A stretch of DNA of 64,000 bases from an uncultured Thermotogae bacterium (GCA_964443275.1 CAYUCE010000001.1:577-64576); one strand, 5' to 3'. Counted from the stretch's first letter, positions 49,268 to 61,210 are shown. A program made the numbers and translations. Notes: generated by a model not told the origin, from the sequence alone.

Positions 49268-49886
49268 TGTTCTTTATTATCTCCAATAAATTACCTTTAG
49301 GACCGGGCACCGAACCTTTTACCACCAGTAAATTTTTCCCTTCATCCACTTTTAAGACTTTTAACCCACTTACGGAAACTGTCTCATTCCCGGTCCGGCC
49401 AGGCATCTTTTTACCTTTAAACACCCTTCCCGTACCGGCGATACTACCAATAGAACCAGGCCGACGTTTAAATCCCGAGCCGTGACTATCAGGGCCTCCC
49501 GAGAAATTCCACCTTTTGACCACACCCTGAAAACCCTTGCCTTTAGTCTTACCCCGGACGGTTACCTCCGATACATCTTTAAATATGCTTACCCCTACTT
49601 CCTGACCTATCTGGTAGCCGTTAGGTTTAGCAACCTTGTACTCGGATAAAAATTTTCTGGGGGATAACCCAGCTTTGTTAAAATGGCCTTCTGCCGGCTT
49701 AGAAGCTCTTGCTTCCTTTATCTCTTCATATCCTAACTGCAAGGCATTATAACCATCACTTTCTTCCGTCTTTACCTGAACGACTACATTTGGCTCACAA
49801 CCAATTACCGTAGCCGGCAGGGCTTTTCCTTCTTCAGTAAAAACTTGCGTCATTCCAATTTTTCTTCCCATTACTCCCAAAGACAT
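49254..49886 (-). CDS. rplC: 50S ribosomal protein L3
   Basis: 210 aa; GVMGRKIGMTQVF. Confidence 0.9.
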   Translation of the reverse strand: MSLGVMGRKIGMTQVFTEEGKALPATVIGCEPNVVVQVKTEESDGYNALQLGYEEIKEARASKPAEGHFNKAGLSPRKFLSEYKVAKPNGYQIGQEVGVSIFKDVSEVTVRGKTKGKGFQGVVKRWNFSGGPDSHGSGFKRRPGSIGSIAGTGRVFKGKKMPGRTGNETVSVSGLKVLKVDEGKNLLVVKGSVPGPKGNLLEIIKNNGEH

Positions 49887-49929
49887 TGATTTCCTCCAAA
49901 TCTTCTATTAGCTTGCTTTCCTACAAATC

Positions 49930-50238
49930 CTACAGCTTTATCTCTATATCAATTCCCGTAGGTAGCTCTACCTCCATCAAAGCATTTATGGTCTCTGATG
50001 TAGGCTCCTTGATATCTAGCAACCTTTTATGTATCCGCCGTTCAAAGTGTTCCATTGATTTCTTATTAACGTGAGGAGACCTGAGAACAGTATATGTTTT
50101 CTTCTTGGTGGGAAGCGGTATAGGACCGGAAACCTTGGCTCTAGTTTCTTCAGCAGTTCTCACCAACTTCCCCACTGCATCGTCTACCAGCTCGTGATCA
50201 TAAGACTTAAGTCTTATTCTAATTTTCTCTCTAGCCAT
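49930..50238 (-). CDS. rpsJ: 30S ribosomal protein S10
   Basis: 102 aa; [15 protein letters not shown]. Confidence 0.9.
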   Translation of the reverse strand: MAREKIRIRLKSYDHELVDDAVGKLVRTAEETRAKVSGPIPLPTKKKTYTVLRSPHVNKKSMEHFERRIHKRLLDIKEPTSETINALMEVELPTGIDIEIKL

Positions 50239-52350
50239 TTAAAACCTCTTTTTTTGTAGTACTTTTTCTTTCTCTTCCCTAACCTCCGCGTAGTGAGAGA
50301 ACCTGAGGGAATGTGTAGCCCGGCCTTGACTGCGAGATCTCAAAGCGGTAGCCAAACCAAAACTTGAAGAGAGCGGCAAATCCAAGGTCACAATTTGAGT
50401 ACCATCTCTTGAAGTGATTTCCTTTATTTCACCTTTCCTGCTATTTATCTCATCTACCACATCACCAATGTGGGAGCCCGGACAAATAATCTCACCTTCC
50501 ATTATCGGCTCCAAGAGCATTATTTTCCCTTCCTCATATGCTCTCTTGAGTCCAGTTCTCAGCGCCTTAGTAGCAGCGGTTTTAAAAGCCAATTCCGATG
50601 AATCCACCGGGTGGTGTGAGCCACCATAAAGGACTGCCTCCAAATCAACGACTGGATACCCGCCTATGGGGCCACTTCCCGTACCTTCTTCAACCCCCTT
50701 CTCAACTGCTTTAATGTACTCCTTCGGAATGTCCCCCCCTCTGATTTCATCCACAAATTTGAATCCAGTACCCCGCTGGAGAGGTCGAAATCTAATCTTT
50801 ACGTGCCCATATTGCCCCCGGCCGCCGGTCTGCTTGACGAACTTCTCTTCCACATCCATTTCCCCGGTCAAGGATTCTTTGTAAGCTACCTCCGGCTGAC
50901 CCATATTGGCTGAAACGTTAAAATCTCGGATTAGACGCTGCAAGAGCACTTCTAAGTGAAGTTCTCCCATACCGGAGATGATGAGTTGATTGGTCTCCTC
51001 ATCCATACTGTAATCAAAAGTGGGATCTTCTTGAGATAGTTTATAGAGGGCTTCATATAGTTTACTTTCTTTGGCCGCTGAGGCGGGCTCGATAGCAGCG
51101 GATATTACTGGCTGAGGGAATTCAATCCTTTCCAGTACTATAGGATGATCAGGATCACAAAGGGTATCACCAGTGGAAAGATCCTTCGGCCCTACAATAC
51201 AGGCTATATTACCTGCGCTAACCGAATCCACCTGGGTTCTCTTGTTTGCATGCATTAAAAAGATCCGGGATATCCTCTCTTTCTTACCAGTAGTTGTATT
51301 TAAAAGATAGGAACCCTTCTCCAACCTTCCCGAGTAAACCCTTATAAAGATCAACTTTTGGGCATATTCATCGGAAGTCACCTTAAAAGCAAGACAAGCT
51401 AGGGGCTCATCAGGATCTGCTTCCCTGGTCTCTACCTTATCTTTATCTCCGTTGGTCTCCGACAGCGGGGTTCCCTTAACCGGGGGCACTTCCTTGGGGG
51501 ATGGGAGGTAGTCGACTACGCAATCGAGTATGGGTTGTATACCCATATTTTTAAGGGCCGATCCTCCTAAAACCGGTACATATCCTTCTTCCAGACACCC
51601 CTTCCTGATAGCCTTCTTTATCATTTCCTCACTTATTTCCTCCTCCTTTAGGTAACGGTTTAGTATTTCATCATCTATTTCAGCCAGCTTTTCCATCAGT
51701 TCTTCCCTAAAAGATCGGGCCTTCTCTCTATAGTCTTCTGGAATAGGCCTATATTCGTATTTGGCACCTTTGGTGTCCGGGTCAAAGATCATCAGCTTCA
51801 TCGAAATCAAGTCAATTATTCCCTTAAAATCGTCTCCTAAACCAAAAGGAATCTGGGTGGGAAGAGGAATTACCCCTAACCTCTCCCTCATCATATTTAA
51901 GGTGCCTACAAAGTCGGCTCCTACCCGATCAAGCTTATTAACAAAGGCAACTCTGGGTATATGATAACGATCGGCTTGCCGCCACACCTTCTCCGACTGA
52001 GCCTCAACCATCTCCACTCCCGAAAATATGGCTACTACACCATCCAAGACCCTAAGTGACCTCTCCACTTCCGCAGTAAAGTCCACGTGACCGGGAGTAT
52101 CGATTATATTTATCTGGTGGTCTCTCCAATAGCAAGTAGTAGCAGCCGATGTTATGGTTATACCGCGCTCCCTTTCCTGATCCATCCAATCCATTTCCGT
52201 ATCCCCTTCGTGAACCTCCCCCATCTTGTGGGTACGCCCGGTATAATAAAGGATACGTTCGGTAGTGGTGGTCTTGCCGGCGTCAATATGAGCGACAAAA
52301 CCCATATTTCTAATTCTCTCCATCGGATAGTCTTTCTTTGCCTTGTTCAT
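50239..52350 (-). CDS. fusA: Elongation factor G
   Basis: AHIDAGKTTTTERILYYTG G-domain plus domains II-V; 703 aa. Directly abuts rpsJ, with no tuf between them. Confidence 0.9.
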   Translation of the reverse strand: MNKAKKDYPMERIRNMGFVAHIDAGKTTTTERILYYTGRTHKMGEVHEGDTEMDWMDQERERGITITSAATTCYWRDHQINIIDTPGHVDFTAEVERSLRVLDGVVAIFSGVEMVEAQSEKVWRQADRYHIPRVAFVNKLDRVGADFVGTLNMMRERLGVIPLPTQIPFGLGDDFKGIIDLISMKLMIFDPDTKGAKYEYRPIPEDYREKARSFREELMEKLAEIDDEILNRYLKEEEISEEMIKKAIRKGCLEEGYVPVLGGSALKNMGIQPILDCVVDYLPSPKEVPPVKGTPLSETNGDKDKVETREADPDEPLACLAFKVTSDEYAQKLIFIRVYSGRLEKGSYLLNTTTGKKERISRIFLMHANKRTQVDSVSAGNIACIVGPKDLSTGDTLCDPDHPIVLERIEFPQPVISAAIEPASAAKESKLYEALYKLSQEDPTFDYSMDEETNQLIISGMGELHLEVLLQRLIRDFNVSANMGQPEVAYKESLTGEMDVEEKFVKQTGGRGQYGHVKIRFRPLQRGTGFKFVDEIRGGDIPKEYIKAVEKGVEEGTGSGPIGGYPVVDLEAVLYGGSHHPVDSSELAFKTAATKALRTGLKRAYEEGKIMLLEPIMEGEIICPGSHIGDVVDEINSRKGEIKEITSRDGTQIVTLDLPLSSSFGLATALRSRSQGRATHSLRFSHYAEVREEKEKVLQKKRF

Positions 52351-52490
52351 AATTTATAATTTAAGGTTTCCAGTTGGCTAACATACCCAACCCTACGAAT
52401 TCATTGGTACTATCAAATGTAGGGAATGGCCTCTGTGCCATTCCTATCAATGTGGTAATCTATTGTGAAACGCTGTACTAGCACCTAAAT

Positions 52491-52982
52491 TCACCAGCGA
52501 TAGTGAGCAAAGGCTCGATTTGCTTCCGCCGCTCGATGGGCCATCTCCCTCTTTCGGTAAGCCTCCCCTTCCTTGTGGTAAGCATCCAGGATCTCATTGG
52601 CCAATCGCTCCTCCATCCGTGGCTCACTTCGCCTTCTGCTGGCGTTCACTATCCATCTCAAAGCCAAGGTTATCCCTCTATCTTTGGGCACCTCATAAGG
52701 CACCTGATAGCTTGCTCCCCCTACCCGGCGGGTTCTGGTTTCCAGCCGGGGAGAGCAGTTATTGACAGATTCATAAAAAACGTCCAGTGCCGGGTCCTCA
52801 ACCTTCTCATCTATAATTTCAAAAGCCTTATATACGACCTTGCGAGCCCGATTCTTCTTCCCGCCATGCATCAAATAATTGGTAAGCTTCTCTACCACCT
52901 TGCTATCATACAAAAGATCCGGTTTCACTTTCCGGCCTGGAATGACTTCCTCTAATGCGCTTACCTCATTTCTTTGTGCCAT
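52491..52982 (-). CDS. rpsG: 30S ribosomal protein S7
   Basis: S7 fold. The start is assigned to MAQRNEV (52982) because ORF-track 53024 would overlap rpsL by 58 nt. Confidence 0.85.
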   Translation of the reverse strand: MAQRNEVSALEEVIPGRKVKPDLLYDSKVVEKLTNYLMHGGKKNRARKVVYKAFEIIDEKVEDPALDVFYESVNNCSPRLETRTRRVGGASYQVPYEVPKDRGITLALRWIVNASRRRSEPRMEERLANEILDAYHKEGEAYRKREMAHRAAEANRAFAHYRW

Positions 52983-53331
52983 ATTTTGACCTTCCTTGCT
53001 CTCTGCCTTCAACACCCTCGGCATCCAACACGCCTCTTACTATATGGTACCTCACCCCTGGCAAGTCCTTAACTCTACCCCCTCTTACCAAAACCATTGA
53101 ATGCTCCTGTAAGTTGTGTCCTTCACCGGGAATATAGGCGGTCACTTCCTTACCGTTTGACAGACGGACACGAGCAACCTTCCGGAGGGCTGAATTGGGT
53201 TTCTTAGGAGTTCTTGTAAAAACCCTAGTACAAACCCCCCGCTTTTGAGGACATCCCTGTAGGGCCTGTGACTTGCTCTTCTTTTTTTGCTTTTCTCTTC
53301 CTTTTCTCACTAATTGGTTAATCGTAGGCAT
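52966..53331 (-). CDS. rpsL: 30S ribosomal protein S12
   Basis: [13 protein letters not shown]-terminus; [11 protein letters not shown]. Confidence 0.9.
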   Translation of the reverse strand: MPTINQLVRKGREKQKKKSKSQALQGCPQKRGVCTRVFTRTPKKPNSALRKVARVRLSNGKEVTAYIPGEGHNLQEHSMVLVRGGRVKDLPGVRYHIVRGVLDAEGVEGREQGRSKYGTKK

Positions 53332-53542
53332 AAAAAATACCCCCAGTTTAACTTTAAAATATAATATGGAATAAATAAAAAAATCCTAGAAGGAGAGTAT
53401 CATTCCCTTATACCCCCGTATCAGATAGGCATTATAGAATAAAACCTCCCATCTGTCAAGGGTATTTTACATAAACACCCTCACTTAAATCGCTTCCGGC
53501 TTCAGCTTTGAGCCGAAAGACAAGAGCCCCTTTATAAGTTAA

Positions 53543-56500
53543 TTAATCAGCTCTTTTCTCTCTATAACCGGTCCCCACCGGTATTTTCTTGCTAATAATT
53601 ACATTGGGTTTCAGCCCTTCCAGGTGGTCAACATCGGACCTTATAGCTGCCTCGCGCAACACACCAGTGGTGCGTTGGAAAGATGCCGCGGACAGGAAGC
53701 TTTTTGTCTCTAGTGCTGATTTAGACACCCTAAGTAATATCCGCTCTCCCACCGGCAGTCTTTTTTCTCTTATTCTCTCCCGCACCTCTTCTTCACCCTC
53801 TTCCCCTTCAATTACTACTTCCTCAACTTCTTTATCTATCGCCACTCTCAACAAATCATTGGTCAACTCTTCACCGGCTTCCGCTACAGTTCTCCCAGCA
53901 CTATCCACTATATCTTCTGTTAACACTTGGCCTACCAGCTCCTCCCTTCGCCTTCTGATCTCTTTGTTTTCTTCAGATAACTTTCTTACAATCTCTCTAA
54001 ACTCCTCTAGGATCAGTAACTGATTAGGAAAAAGTCCCGAATCGCCAGGGTCCTGTACAGAAACGTTATTGAGCATTTGTCTTATGACAATTTCTATATG
54101 TTTATCGCTGATGTCAACACCCTGACTCTTGTAAACCTTATGGATTTCCGTCAACAAATAATCCCTTACTTCCCGCACACCAGCCACCTTAAGCAAGTGG
54201 TGAGGAGAAACTACACCTTTAGATAAAAGATCCCCTTCCCTGACTTTATCCCCCACATCCACTACCGGAGGATTGGAAAGTATAATGCTTGATTCATAAT
54301 GAAAGCTAACCTCCACTATCCTTTCTTTAATCTCCCCTACCTCATCTATAACCACCGGCCCACCAGCAGGAATATCCAGATCAAAAAGCTTCTCACCTTT
54401 GCTTACTTTCTCCCCCTCATTTTTAACTAGCTTCAAATCACTAGTAAGCACATACTCTTTCCCCTCCCCTTGGGGAGAATAAATTATAACCATTCCGTTG
54501 CTAACCACAGCTACCCCGGGACCTTTAGCTTTTAACTGAATAGGCCGAGAACGAGTGGATATCTTTTCACCTTTCTCCACCTTGTCCCCTACCTTTACTC
54601 TCTTCCTAGCTCCGTAGGGGATCTTGTATTTAATTCTTTGATCGTCCTCACCTTTGATAATTACCGTCCTCTCACCGTCTTCAGCAATATCCTCTACCAC
54701 TCCATCATGCCTTGCCACTACCGGGCCCTTATGAAAGGGTTCGGTGATAGGACTTCCTTCCTCCACCTTTTGACCGCTATTTATGGAGGAGTTTACCCCC
54801 TCCGGCAAGTAATAGATGCGATCTCCACCGTCCCCATCTAAAATGTATAACTTCCTCACATCTTCCTGTTCTAGGACCCTCAACTCACCTTCTAAAGTGC
54901 TGGGTTGGGCAATGATATCCTGCGGATCGACTACATCGCCAGGCTCTACGTTTAACAGTTGAGCAGGAATTCTAACCACCTTTTCCTCCCCTTCGATGTT
55001 AACTCTTTCCTTACCCTCTTCGGTAGCATCGATATCCACTACGTGGCCGCTGATATCACAAACTTGAGCCTGGATGCTCTTAAGCTTTTTTCTTGCTTCG
55101 AAAAGCTCCTCCGCCCGGGGCAAGCCCTGGGTTATATCCTTACCTACTACCCCTCCGGTGTGGAAGGTCCGCATGGTAAGCTGTGTACCGGGTTCACCGA
55201 TAGCTTGAGCGGCAATAACCCCTACCGCTTGACCAAGTTGGACAAGCTCGTGGGTAGTCAAATCAACCCCATAACATTTCTGACATACTCCCCTCTTGGT
55301 CTCACAGGTCAGAGGTGATCTGACTCGGATGGTGGGACGGACGGTAAGCGAATCTATACCGCTTTCTAAGATTAGCTCAGCCAAATACCCGGTAATGGTC
55401 TCATCTTGCCTTACTATAACTACATCTGTGGTCGGGTCCCGGACCTTGTCCACACTTTTAGTACCTATCACCTTCTCCATAAAGTCCGGACCATCCGTCT
55501 GTAGGTGGTACTGCTTTTCCCCCAGTTCCTGAGCTAGATTCCTACCTATCAACTGGCCCTTTTCAACCAATACTTCACCATCGAATTCATGCGTTTCACT
55601 GGCCACCCGGCCGTACAATCTACCGCTTACCCCCTCTCCTTCTATTACTCTACCGTCATCGTAGCGTAAAGGGTCAATTTCTACCCCGTTTCCGGTCCCG
55701 CAATCTTCTTCTCGAACCACAATCTCCTCAGTGGCATCCACCAATCTTCTGGTGAGATATCCCGCATCAGCGGTCTTCAAAGCGGTATCCGCAGCACCCT
55801 TTCTACCCCCGTGGGTAGAGATAAAGTATTCCATTACATCTAAGCCTTCTCTGAAGTTGGATACTACCGGCATCTCAATTATCTCACCGGAAGGCTTAGC
55901 CATGGGGCCTCTCATTCCCGCCAACTGCTTAGCCTGACTGGCACTACCCCGCGCTCCAGATTTCACTATTGAATATACGGGGTTAAACTTCTCCTTTTGA
56001 AAGTTTTTCATAGTGGCCTCTTCAACCTCATCCACCGTGTTTCTCCACACATCAATTACCGCACTTCGCCTTTCTTGGGCGGTAATCAACCCCCGGCTGT
56101 ACATTCCGTTTATCTCACCTACCCGCCGGTAAGAATTGTCCAGAATGTCCCCTTTTTCGGGAGGTATACTACAATCCTTTATAGACATAGTAAGTCCGGA
56201 GCTGGTTGCATATTTAAAACCAAGTTCCTTTAGGTCATCCAGAAGCTGTACAGTCCGCTGGTTTCCGTACTCCCGATAACATTCCATAATTGCCTCTTCT
56301 ATGCTTCCCTCATCAAAAATCTTCGAATAATCCCTTAGAGTTTCCGGCAATTTCGAGTTAAGCTTCATCCGACCTAAAGTAGTTTCCTCTATCCGGCCAT
56401 CCATCCTTATTTTAATAGGAGCGTGTAAATCCAGGGCTTCTGCTCGGTAAGCCCTCTCTGCCTCTTTGGGCCCGGTAAAATACTTGCCCGCACCTTCCCC

Positions 56501-58468
56501 TTCTGGATCCTCTATGGTAAGATAGTAAAAGGCAAATATCTGATCCTGAGTAGGAACAGTTATGGGCTCTCCATTTGCCGGTTTAAGTATATTATGCGAA
56601 GCCCCCATGATCTCCCTAGATTCCTCGATGGACTCCTGAGATAAGGGAAGATGAACCGCCATTTGATCACCGTCAAAATCGGCATTATAAGGAGGACAGA
56701 CGAAAGGATGTATTTGAATTGCATCCCCATCCACCAAAATAGGCTCAAATGACTGGATACCCAATCTATGTAAGGTGGGAGCACGGTTTAGAAGAATCGG
56801 ATGTTCCCTGACTAAATCTTCTAAAACGTTCCATATTTCCGGAATTTCTCCTCTTAAGGCCTTATTTTTAACCTCATCGAAATCCGAGCCAATTTCATCC
56901 CCCATCCGCTGCAAGATAAAGGGCTTAAACAACTCCAGGGCCATCTTCTTGGGAAGTCCACATTGATGTAATTTTAATCTGGGGTTAACCACTATAACCG
57001 CCCGGCCGGAGTAATCGACCCTTCTTCCCAGCAGATTCCGGCGCAGACGCCCATGTTTGCCGGAGATCCGCTCAGACAAAGATTTAAGCGGACGATTATC
57101 CCGACCCCTTATGGGGCTATCTTTCTTCTCATTATGGATTAAGGCATCTACCGCTTCCTGTAGCATACGTCGTTCATTTCTCAAAATAACTTCCGGAGCA
57201 CCTATCTCCGTAAGCTTCTTTAACCGGTTATTCCTATTTATTATCCGGCGGTAGAGATCATTTAGATCGGTGGTAGCAAACCTACCTCCCCCGATCTGCA
57301 CCATAGGACGAAGGGCGGGGGGAAGAACCGGTATTATCTCCAGTATGATGTCCTGAGGGCGGTTATCGGACTGTCTTAGCTGCTCCACCACTTCCAACCT
57401 ATTTAAGATCCTTTTCTTCCTCCCCTTGCTGGTTTCCTCCCGATAGCGGGCCTTGAGCTGAGAGGAGATGGCCTCCAAATCCAGGTGAGCCAAAACACCC
57501 TTGATCCCCAATGCTCCGGTGTATGCTTCAAATTTACCGGGATAAACCCTCTGGTAAGCCCTTTTAGAGATTTCCCAGATCCTATCTCCAACTTCCAGAG
57601 GAAAGTCACTACTTTCATCCACCGAAGTGACCAAAAATATGAGATTATCTAAATCGTAAAGGACATTTTGGCCCACAATATCGGAGTATACAGATTTAAA
57701 GAGGCTGTATTTGGTTCTCGATACCTGCGACGGGCCAATCGGAGACTCCGCCAATAAATCACCTTCTTGGACCTCATCTCCGTGCCCTACCACTATTTCA
57801 GCCTCCGGGGAGACCGGATATTCTCTTTCTCCAATCCTGATTACACTGATGTCCTCTCCGTTTTCCAGCTTCATCTCGTCAATGCTTACTTCCCCGGCCA
57901 CTCCTGCTCTTACTTCCGGAGCCTCCTCAATTAAGTAGCTGGGCTCCGCCTGGAAATCCTTTTTCTGGGAAAGGACCTCCAGCTCGCTTTTGTAAAGGGT
58001 CTCCCCCACCCGGACATCAATATCGTCGGAAGAGGTAACTATATATCGCTCTTCTTGGAAGGGTTCAGTCTCATAATAAGCAATTTTCTTCAGGGTATTC
58101 CTCTTAATACCCAAAAGTTTCGATAGGGGAGAAGAAATACCTTTTAGAAACCAGAAATGTACTACTGGACTGGCTAATTCAATATGCCCCATATTAATTC
58201 TTCGAACCTGCGAGTCAGTAACCAAAACCCCGCACTTCTCACACTCTATACCCTCATATTTGCGACCTCGGTACTTCCCGCAAGCACACTCATAATCCCT
58301 CTCTGGACCAAAAATCTCTTCAGCGTACAGACCCCCTCTTTCCGGTCTATGCGTACGATAATTAATAGTCTCCGACTCTACTACCTCTCCCTGAGACCAT
58401 GAACGAATTTCCTCAGGTGAAGCCAGCCCTATACCAATTTTCCCAATATCATCACCGCTTATTATCAT
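53543..58468 (-). CDS. rpoC: DNA-directed RNA polymerase beta' subunit with a large lineage-specific insertion
   Basis: N-terminal Zn-finger [27 protein letters not shown] catalytic motif, trigger loop and a C-terminal Zn cluster; 1641 aa. There is about 200 aa extra between the Zn finger and the clamp region. No rpoB lies upstream. Confidence 0.9.
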   Translation of the reverse strand: MIISGDDIGKIGIGLASPEEIRSWSQGEVVESETINYRTHRPERGGLYAEEIFGPERDYECACGKYRGRKYEGIECEKCGVLVTDSQVRRINMGHIELASPVVHFWFLKGISSPLSKLLGIKRNTLKKIAYYETEPFQEERYIVTSSDDIDVRVGETLYKSELEVLSQKKDFQAEPSYLIEEAPEVRAGVAGEVSIDEMKLENGEDISVIRIGEREYPVSPEAEIVVGHGDEVQEGDLLAESPIGPSQVSRTKYSLFKSVYSDIVGQNVLYDLDNLIFLVTSVDESSDFPLEVGDRIWEISKRAYQRVYPGKFEAYTGALGIKGVLAHLDLEAISSQLKARYREETSKGRKKRILNRLEVVEQLRQSDNRPQDIILEIIPVLPPALRPMVQIGGGRFATTDLNDLYRRIINRNNRLKKLTEIGAPEVILRNERRMLQEAVDALIHNEKKDSPIRGRDNRPLKSLSERISGKHGRLRRNLLGRRVDYSGRAVIVVNPRLKLHQCGLPKKMALELFKPFILQRMGDEIGSDFDEVKNKALRGEIPEIWNVLEDLVREHPILLNRAPTLHRLGIQSFEPILVDGDAIQIHPFVCPPYNADFDGDQMAVHLPLSQESIEESREIMGASHNILKPANGEPITVPTQDQIFAFYYLTIEDPEGEGAGKYFTGPKEAERAYRAEALDLHAPIKIRMDGRIEETTLGRMKLNSKLPETLRDYSKIFDEGSIEEAIMECYREYGNQRTVQLLDDLKELGFKYATSSGLTMSIKDCSIPPEKGDILDNSYRRVGEINGMYSRGLITAQERRSAVIDVWRNTVDEVEEATMKNFQKEKFNPVYSIVKSGARGSASQAKQLAGMRGPMAKPSGEIIEMPVVSNFREGLDVMEYFISTHGGRKGAADTALKTADAGYLTRRLVDATEEIVVREEDCGTGNGVEIDPLRYDDGRVIEGEGVSGRLYGRVASETHEFDGEVLVEKGQLIGRNLAQELGEKQYHLQTDGPDFMEKVIGTKSVDKVRDPTTDVVIVRQDETITGYLAELILESGIDSLTVRPTIRVRSPLTCETKRGVCQKCYGVDLTTHELVQLGQAVGVIAAQAIGEPGTQLTMRTFHTGGVVGKDITQGLPRAEELFEARKKLKSIQAQVCDISGHVVDIDATEEGKERVNIEGEEKVVRIPAQLLNVEPGDVVDPQDIIAQPSTLEGELRVLEQEDVRKLYILDGDGGDRIYYLPEGVNSSINSGQKVEEGSPITEPFHKGPVVARHDGVVEDIAEDGERTVIIKGEDDQRIKYKIPYGARKRVKVGDKVEKGEKISTRSRPIQLKAKGPGVAVVSNGMVIIYSPQGEGKEYVLTSDLKLVKNEGEKVSKGEKLFDLDIPAGGPVVIDEVGEIKERIVEVSFHYESSIILSNPPVVDVGDKVREGDLLSKGVVSPHHLLKVAGVREVRDYLLTEIHKVYKSQGVDISDKHIEIVIRQMLNNVSVQDPGDSGLFPNQLLILEEFREIVRKLSEENKEIRRRREELVGQVLTEDIVDSAGRTVAEAGEELTNDLLRVAIDKEVEEVVIEGEEGEEEVRERIREKRLPVGERILLRVSKSALETKSFLSAASFQRTTGVLREAAIRSDVDHLEGLKPNVIISKKIPVGTGYREKRAD

Positions 58469-58832
58469 TTTTCACCCCTCAAATTTTGCTTCAATATATT
58501 CTTTTGTGGCTGAAGTTTCCTGCTCGAACTTCTTATTGATAATTTCCCTCAGTTGAATAACTCCCTTTCCACCCTTGAAATTAGCACCGGGTTGTAGTTA
58601 CCTTCCCCTTTCCATATATTTCTACATTAGGTAAGCTTCGTAAGCTTCTCAAATCAAAAAGCTGCAAGACTTTAAGGTTATAGTGAAGAATGTAAATCAG
58701 CAAGCAATATTTTTCTTTAAAATTAATGGTATTTATCGCAAAACAGTGTTATTTTGCAAGGCAAAATCCCTTTTTAGCTAGTATAGGACAAATAATGCGC
58801 AGATAACAACCCGGCAGCAATAAAATATTCCC

Positions 58833-59090
58833 TCAATCTTCTGAATCAGCCTTTGAATCTGACGAATCAGCAGATTTCTCCTTATTTGAAGCTTTACTAG
58901 TCTTGGAACCATAATCCGTACTGTGGAAACCGCTACCTTTATAAACCACCCCCACTCGAGATATCACTCTTCTGACCGCCCTTTCACCGCATTTCTCACA
59001 CACTTTTGGAGAGTTGCCATTCTCCGAATGAAGCTTAAGTTCTGTAAATGAATGTCCACACGAATCACATTTATAACGAAATATAGGCAT
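58833..59090 (-). CDS. FmdB-family zinc-ribbon protein
   Basis: MPIFRYKCDSCGHSF...CEKCGE CxxC...CxxC ribbon and a Ser/Asp-rich tail; 85 aa. Confidence 0.65.
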   Translation of the reverse strand: MPIFRYKCDSCGHSFTELKLHSENGNSPKVCEKCGERAVRRVISRVGVVYKGSGFHSTDYGSKTSKASNKEKSADSSDSKADSED

Positions 59091-59207
59091 TTACTCCTCC
59101 TAATTAAACCTATTGATACCTATATGGAATTAATTATTTAGATACAGTTACTTACAAACTGGCAGTGAAGTAATCGAAATCCCAGTATACCACATCCTGG
59201 AAAAATT

Positions 59208-61178
59208 TCAAGGCGTCGAACTGCCTCCACCAACCCCTATCTTCCTAAATTTCCTCACCGGCATCTCATTTATAAAACGGGATGGGCGGTTGTACATTCG
59301 GCTCCCATAAAGCGATCTTTTACTGGAGAAAGTGAGCCACAACCTCTCCTTTGCCCTGGTAACTCCAACGTAGCAAAGCCTGCGTTCTTCCTCAACCTGA
59401 CCCTCTTTTATCGAACGCCGGTGGGGAAGAATATTCTCCTCCATACCGATCATAAATACATGGTCAAACTCCAACCCTTTGGCCGAGTGCAAGGTCATCA
59501 GCGAAACCCTATTTCTTAGATCCTCAAAACAATCGATATCTGAAACCAAGGCAACATTTTCCAAAAAAACCTCCACTCCTGTCTTATCTTCCGCTGACTC
59601 AAACTCCTCCATTTGACCTATCAGCTCTTTGACGTTACCTATTCTCTCTTCTGCTTCTTCGGATCCATAGGTTTCATGCAAATACTTTATATATTCTATT
59701 TTTTCCAAAATAAATTTCGTTAATTCAGATATTTTAAGCTCTTTCTTTTCCCGCAAACCGGTAAAAAGCCTGACAAACTGTTTGAGTCTCTTTTTCTGCT
59801 TCAGATGGTCATCTTGATCAGCTAATTCAACTGCTGCCTTCCAAAAGGACAACCCGTATTTTTGAGCATGTTCTTTGACTGCCTCTTCTGTCTTCTCTCC
59901 CAGCCCTCTTCTGGGTTTATTAAATATCCGCGCCATAGATAGGTCATCATCAGGATTTACTAACGCTCGTAAGTAAGATAGGATATCTTTGACCTCCATC
60001 CGCCTATAGAAACCGACCCCTCTGACCACCTCGTAGGGAATTCCGTAGCGAATCAGGGCCTCCTCCATTCCTCTGGAAAGCGTATTTATACGGTATAAGA
60101 TAGCAATCTGATGGGGATCGACCGCTTCGGACTCCTTAAGCCTCTTTACACTTGAGGCCACATATTCAGCTTCCTCTTTTTGGTCTTCCGCCATGAATAC
60201 TCTGACTTTTCTCCCTTTTTTTCGTTTGGTAAATAGCTCCTTTTCCTTGCGCCGAGGGTTATTTTCGATGAGGGAGTTGGCCACATCCAGTATCTTAGCT
60301 GTCGACCGGTAATTTCTGCATAATTTTATAACAGTGGCTTTAGGAAAGTCCTGTTCAAATTCCAGGATATTCGTAGGGTCCGCTCCTCTCCACCCAAATA
60401 TAGACTGATCATCATCTCCCACCACACAGATATTTTCGTGCTCTTGGGCCAAGCTTTTAGCAAATATGTGCTGAGCATAATTGATATCTTGATATTCATC
60501 AATCAAAACAAACCTAAAATTACGCCTATACTTACGCAGTACTTCCAGGTGGTTTTGGAAAAGCTTCACGGTGAGTCTAAGCAAATCTCCGAAATCAAGG
60601 GCATTGTTTTCCCTAATTTTTCGCTGGTATTCTTTGTAGATGCTTGCTACCTTCCGGTTCCAAAAATGCTTTTTATCGGGTCCTACTTTTTGAGAAAAAT
60701 CATCGGGAGAAATCAAGTCATTCTTCAAGTGATTTATATGAGAAGCCACTGAACGGGGACTAAAATGATCATAAGATATGTCTAGTTCCTTCATGGTTTG
60801 TCTGATCATAGCCGCCTGATCGGTCTCGTCTAAGATAGTAAACCTATAGTTATAGTGAGGTGAGAGGTGCGATATATTGTTTCCTTCTCTCAATATTCTG
60901 ACGCAACTGGCATGAAATGTTTTAATCCACAGGCCGTCCATGTCCGATCCCAAGAGCCTCTCCACCCTAGTTACCATCTCATTGCAAGCCTTGTTAGTAA
61001 AGGTAACTCCCATAATCTGTGAAGCCGGAACTTTGTGTTTTTTTATCAGGTAGGCAATTCGGCAGGTTACGACCCGGGTTTTGCCACTTCCCGCCCCGGC
61101 CAAAATTAGAAGTGGTCCGCGGAAATGCTTGACTGCTTTTCTTTGTTCTAAATTCAGACCTTGGAGGATACCGGACAT
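59208..61178 (-). CDS. UvrD/PcrA/Rep-family superfamily-1 DNA helicase
   Basis: Motif I AGAGSGKT, motif II DEYQD, motif III GDDDQSIFGWRGA, motif VI VGVTRAK; 656 aa. Confidence 0.85.
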   Translation of the reverse strand: MSGILQGLNLEQRKAVKHFRGPLLILAGAGSGKTRVVTCRIAYLIKKHKVPASQIMGVTFTNKACNEMVTRVERLLGSDMDGLWIKTFHASCVRILREGNNISHLSPHYNYRFTILDETDQAAMIRQTMKELDISYDHFSPRSVASHINHLKNDLISPDDFSQKVGPDKKHFWNRKVASIYKEYQRKIRENNALDFGDLLRLTVKLFQNHLEVLRKYRRNFRFVLIDEYQDINYAQHIFAKSLAQEHENICVVGDDDQSIFGWRGADPTNILEFEQDFPKATVIKLCRNYRSTAKILDVANSLIENNPRRKEKELFTKRKKGRKVRVFMAEDQKEEAEYVASSVKRLKESEAVDPHQIAILYRINTLSRGMEEALIRYGIPYEVVRGVGFYRRMEVKDILSYLRALVNPDDDLSMARIFNKPRRGLGEKTEEAVKEHAQKYGLSFWKAAVELADQDDHLKQKKRLKQFVRLFTGLREKKELKISELTKFILEKIEYIKYLHETYGSEEAEERIGNVKELIGQMEEFESAEDKTGVEVFLENVALVSDIDCFEDLRNRVSLMTLHSAKGLEFDHVFMIGMEENILPHRRSIKEGQVEEERRLCYVGVTRAKERLWLTFSSKRSLYGSRMYNRPSRFINEMPVRKFRKIGVGGGSSTP

Positions 61179-61210
61179 TTCAAAAAAACTTGAGGTAAGC
61201 TAGAGAAGCC

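Noticed and set aside
52982-53024. ORF-track start of rpsG ([14 protein letters not shown]...) overlapping rpsL by 58 nt
   Set aside because: The N-terminal 14 residues are not S7-like, and the internal Met (MAQRNEV...) aligns with S7 N-termini and removes the overlap.
53332-53542. Possible small gene (e.g. L7Ae-like) or terminator between rpoC and rpsL
   Set aside because: There is no ORF over 30 codons with an RBS. Only a weak CGGCT/AGCCG hairpin is present, which is insufficient to call.
53589-58402. Numerous plus-strand ORFs of 60-144 aa inside the rpoC region, and similar antisense ORFs inside hypF, EF-G, CDC48 and the ribosomal genes
   Set aside because: They are shadow ORFs opposite strongly supported genes, with low-complexity Ser/Pro/Leu-rich translations, no RBS and no motifs.
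58469-58832. Reading frame upstream of rpoC ending ...KEYIEAKFEG* and overlapping the rpoC start, considered as an rpoB C-terminal remnant
   Set aside because: The frame hits a TAA about 40 codons upstream with no start codon, and the residues do not match the conserved beta-subunit C-terminus, so it is a chance open frame.
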